Source: Raja brachyura
Lineage: Eukaryota
Direction of reading: 5' to 3'
Assembly (NCBI GenBank): GCA_963514005.1
Contig: OY740814.1
Span: 28,644,001-28,708,000 of the forward strand
Length of the DNA: 64,000 bases
Both the position numbers and the translations under genes were made by a program. The notes under the pieces were generated by a model. It made no database searches and was not told where the DNA came from. It saw nothing but the letters and a program-made list of their open reading frames with translations. Shown here piece by piece: positions 62,288-64,000 of this stretch (position 1 is the stretch's first letter; each line of letters starts with the position of its first letter).

Positions 62288-64000
62288 AAAATAAAGATCA
62301 AACCTCAAACGGTTTATTTTATGGGAAGTTGCAGTGAGGGATTACGTGAAAAAGCCCGCCAGCCCGCATGCACGTCAAAGTAGCTGTATGAAACGACAGA
62401 ATACAGCTAATTTCAGGAAGGACATCCTAGCGATTGAGGCAGTGCAGTGTAAGTTCACGAGATTGATCCCTGGGATGGCGGGACTGTCATATGAGGAAAG
62501 ATTGAAAAGACTGGGCTTGTATTCACTGGAGTTTAGAAGGATGAGGGGGATCTTATAGAAACATATACAATTATAAAAGGACTGGACAAGCTAGATGCAG
62601 GAAAAATGTTCCCAATGTTGGGTGAGTCCAGAACCAGGGGCCACAGTCTTAGAATAAAGGGGAGGTCATTTAAGACTGAGGTGAGAAAAAACGTTTTCAC
62701 CCAGAGAGTTGTAAATTTATGGAATTCCCTGCCACAGAGGGCAGTGGAGGCCAAATCGCTGGATGGATTTAAGAGAGAGTTAGATAGAGCTCTAGGGGCT
62801 AGTGGAATCAAGGGATATGGGGAGAAGGCAGGCGTGGGTTATTGATAGGGGATGATCAGCCATGATCGCAATCAATGGCGGTGCTAGCTCAAAGGGCTGA
62901 ATGACCTCCTCCTGCACCTATTTTATATGTTTTTATGTTTCTATTAGTTGCTGACCTAAACTATAGAAAGATGAAAGGCTAGAACTACCAAATGATCTTT
63001 ATGTGAATAGGATTGGGAGTGGAGGGCACGTAATCCTTCTTCAACTTCTCATAAAATAAAGATCAGACTTCAAACGGTAAGTTCTCGTTTAATCTTTCTA
63101 TTTTATTTCAAAGTCATGTGAAGATTTCAAAGCTCTGTGGTTTCATGCAGTAACATAATCTGTGTGTGAAACACTTAAATAGATAAACCATAAATGGTAG
63201 GAAAAAACATGAGTTATTAATATCATGATGCTAACTTTCATACATGGCCATTGCTCTAAACTGGCCTGTAGTCCCAATAGACTGTTGAGTTAGACAATAA
63301 CTTATGTAACAATGTGTATAATGCTATCTGCAAATATTTAGAATTATTCCATCAAATTTTATAATTTATTAACCTGCACTATGTAAACATCATGCTGTAT
63401 GATGAAAGGGAAATCCTTTGTATTGGCTGCTAATGAGCCATCAGCAACATCTTGAGACTATTGAAACAAAATAACTATGTTCCATTTCATAGGCACTAGT
63501 AAATGAGTGCACTTGTATCCCTGATGACATCCCTGATCTCTGGTTGTTATGCTGTCAACCTCAAATGTACGTAATCCTGCACATTTGCTTATGAGATTAT
63601 TTCTATAACAAGCTACCCTTATGTCAGTACGACGTGGAGATTAAGCCAGAGATTGAGTAAAGGTTGTGTTCTTTATGCTGAGACCAGCTGCTCAAAGCAT
63701 AATAATCTTAAGATACTGGTCCCATTTGGAAAATATTTTGGAATATTTGCATAACAATTTACTGATATACATTGCACATCACAACGAGTGTAGGCTATTA
63801 GAGTGGTCAAATAACGTTAGAGAATAGTGGGTGTAGAACCAATCATCTATGTCCTACTTCTGGTATTACAGAAAATGATAAAGCAGCACAAGCAATGTCA
63901 ATTGTGCTATCCCATAAAGTTTCTCTAAGTTCAAACTGTCAGGTCTTGTGTTTGATCTAGTTTCTAGTTATTGGTTTTTAGTATTAGAGTTTGCATTCTT
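62288..64000 (-). mobile_element. Second, older DIRS1-like element (3' end: rE/rITR, ICR, decayed YR), runs off the right edge; CR1 3' end inserted at about 62413-62943
   Basis: 62314-62375 resembles the reverse complement of 23722-23785. 63015-63148 resembles the reverse complement of 23472-23620. Minus-strand DSTIDIACAALS near 63880-63915 aligns with YSAINCARSALS of the YR. Confidence 0.8.

Overview
Vertebrate genomic DNA, most likely from a cartilaginous fish (skate or ray). This is inferred from the HE1/V-SINE-like SINEs, the CR1/HER1-like LINEs and the shark-type Siglec exons. Most of the window is transposon-derived. Bases 1-25.3 kb are a nested retroelement stack. An old L1 is interrupted by two CR1 LINEs (one with an intact ORF2) and by a full-length younger L1 with a 16-bp TSD. 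A complete DIRS1-type tyrosine-recombinase retrotransposon (ITRs, ICR, gag, RT-RNaseH-MT, YR) sits in the old L1 tail and is itself hit by a CR1 3' end. An ERV integrase tail and 3' LTR follow. The only host gene is a minus-strand, 7-coding-exon Siglec/MAG-like receptor (27207-40855, about 443 aa: signal, V-set, 2x C2-set, TM, ITIM-like tail), with consistent splice phases. The rest contains Penelope-like elements, non-autonomous Helitrons, a Nimb/I-type LINE ORF1, a second decayed DIRS, SINEs, minisatellites, polypurine tracts and two assembly gaps. The most unusual observations are: (i) 88-129 bp TSD-flanked inserts that are little more than a minimal hammerhead ribozyme; (ii) a 24-bp G.U-biased RNA hairpin in a 1.1-kb L1 inter-ORF spacer; (iii) splice signals and twin hairpins in the DIRS leader; (iv) a 142-bp SINE that appears to be built from the two ends of a LINE.
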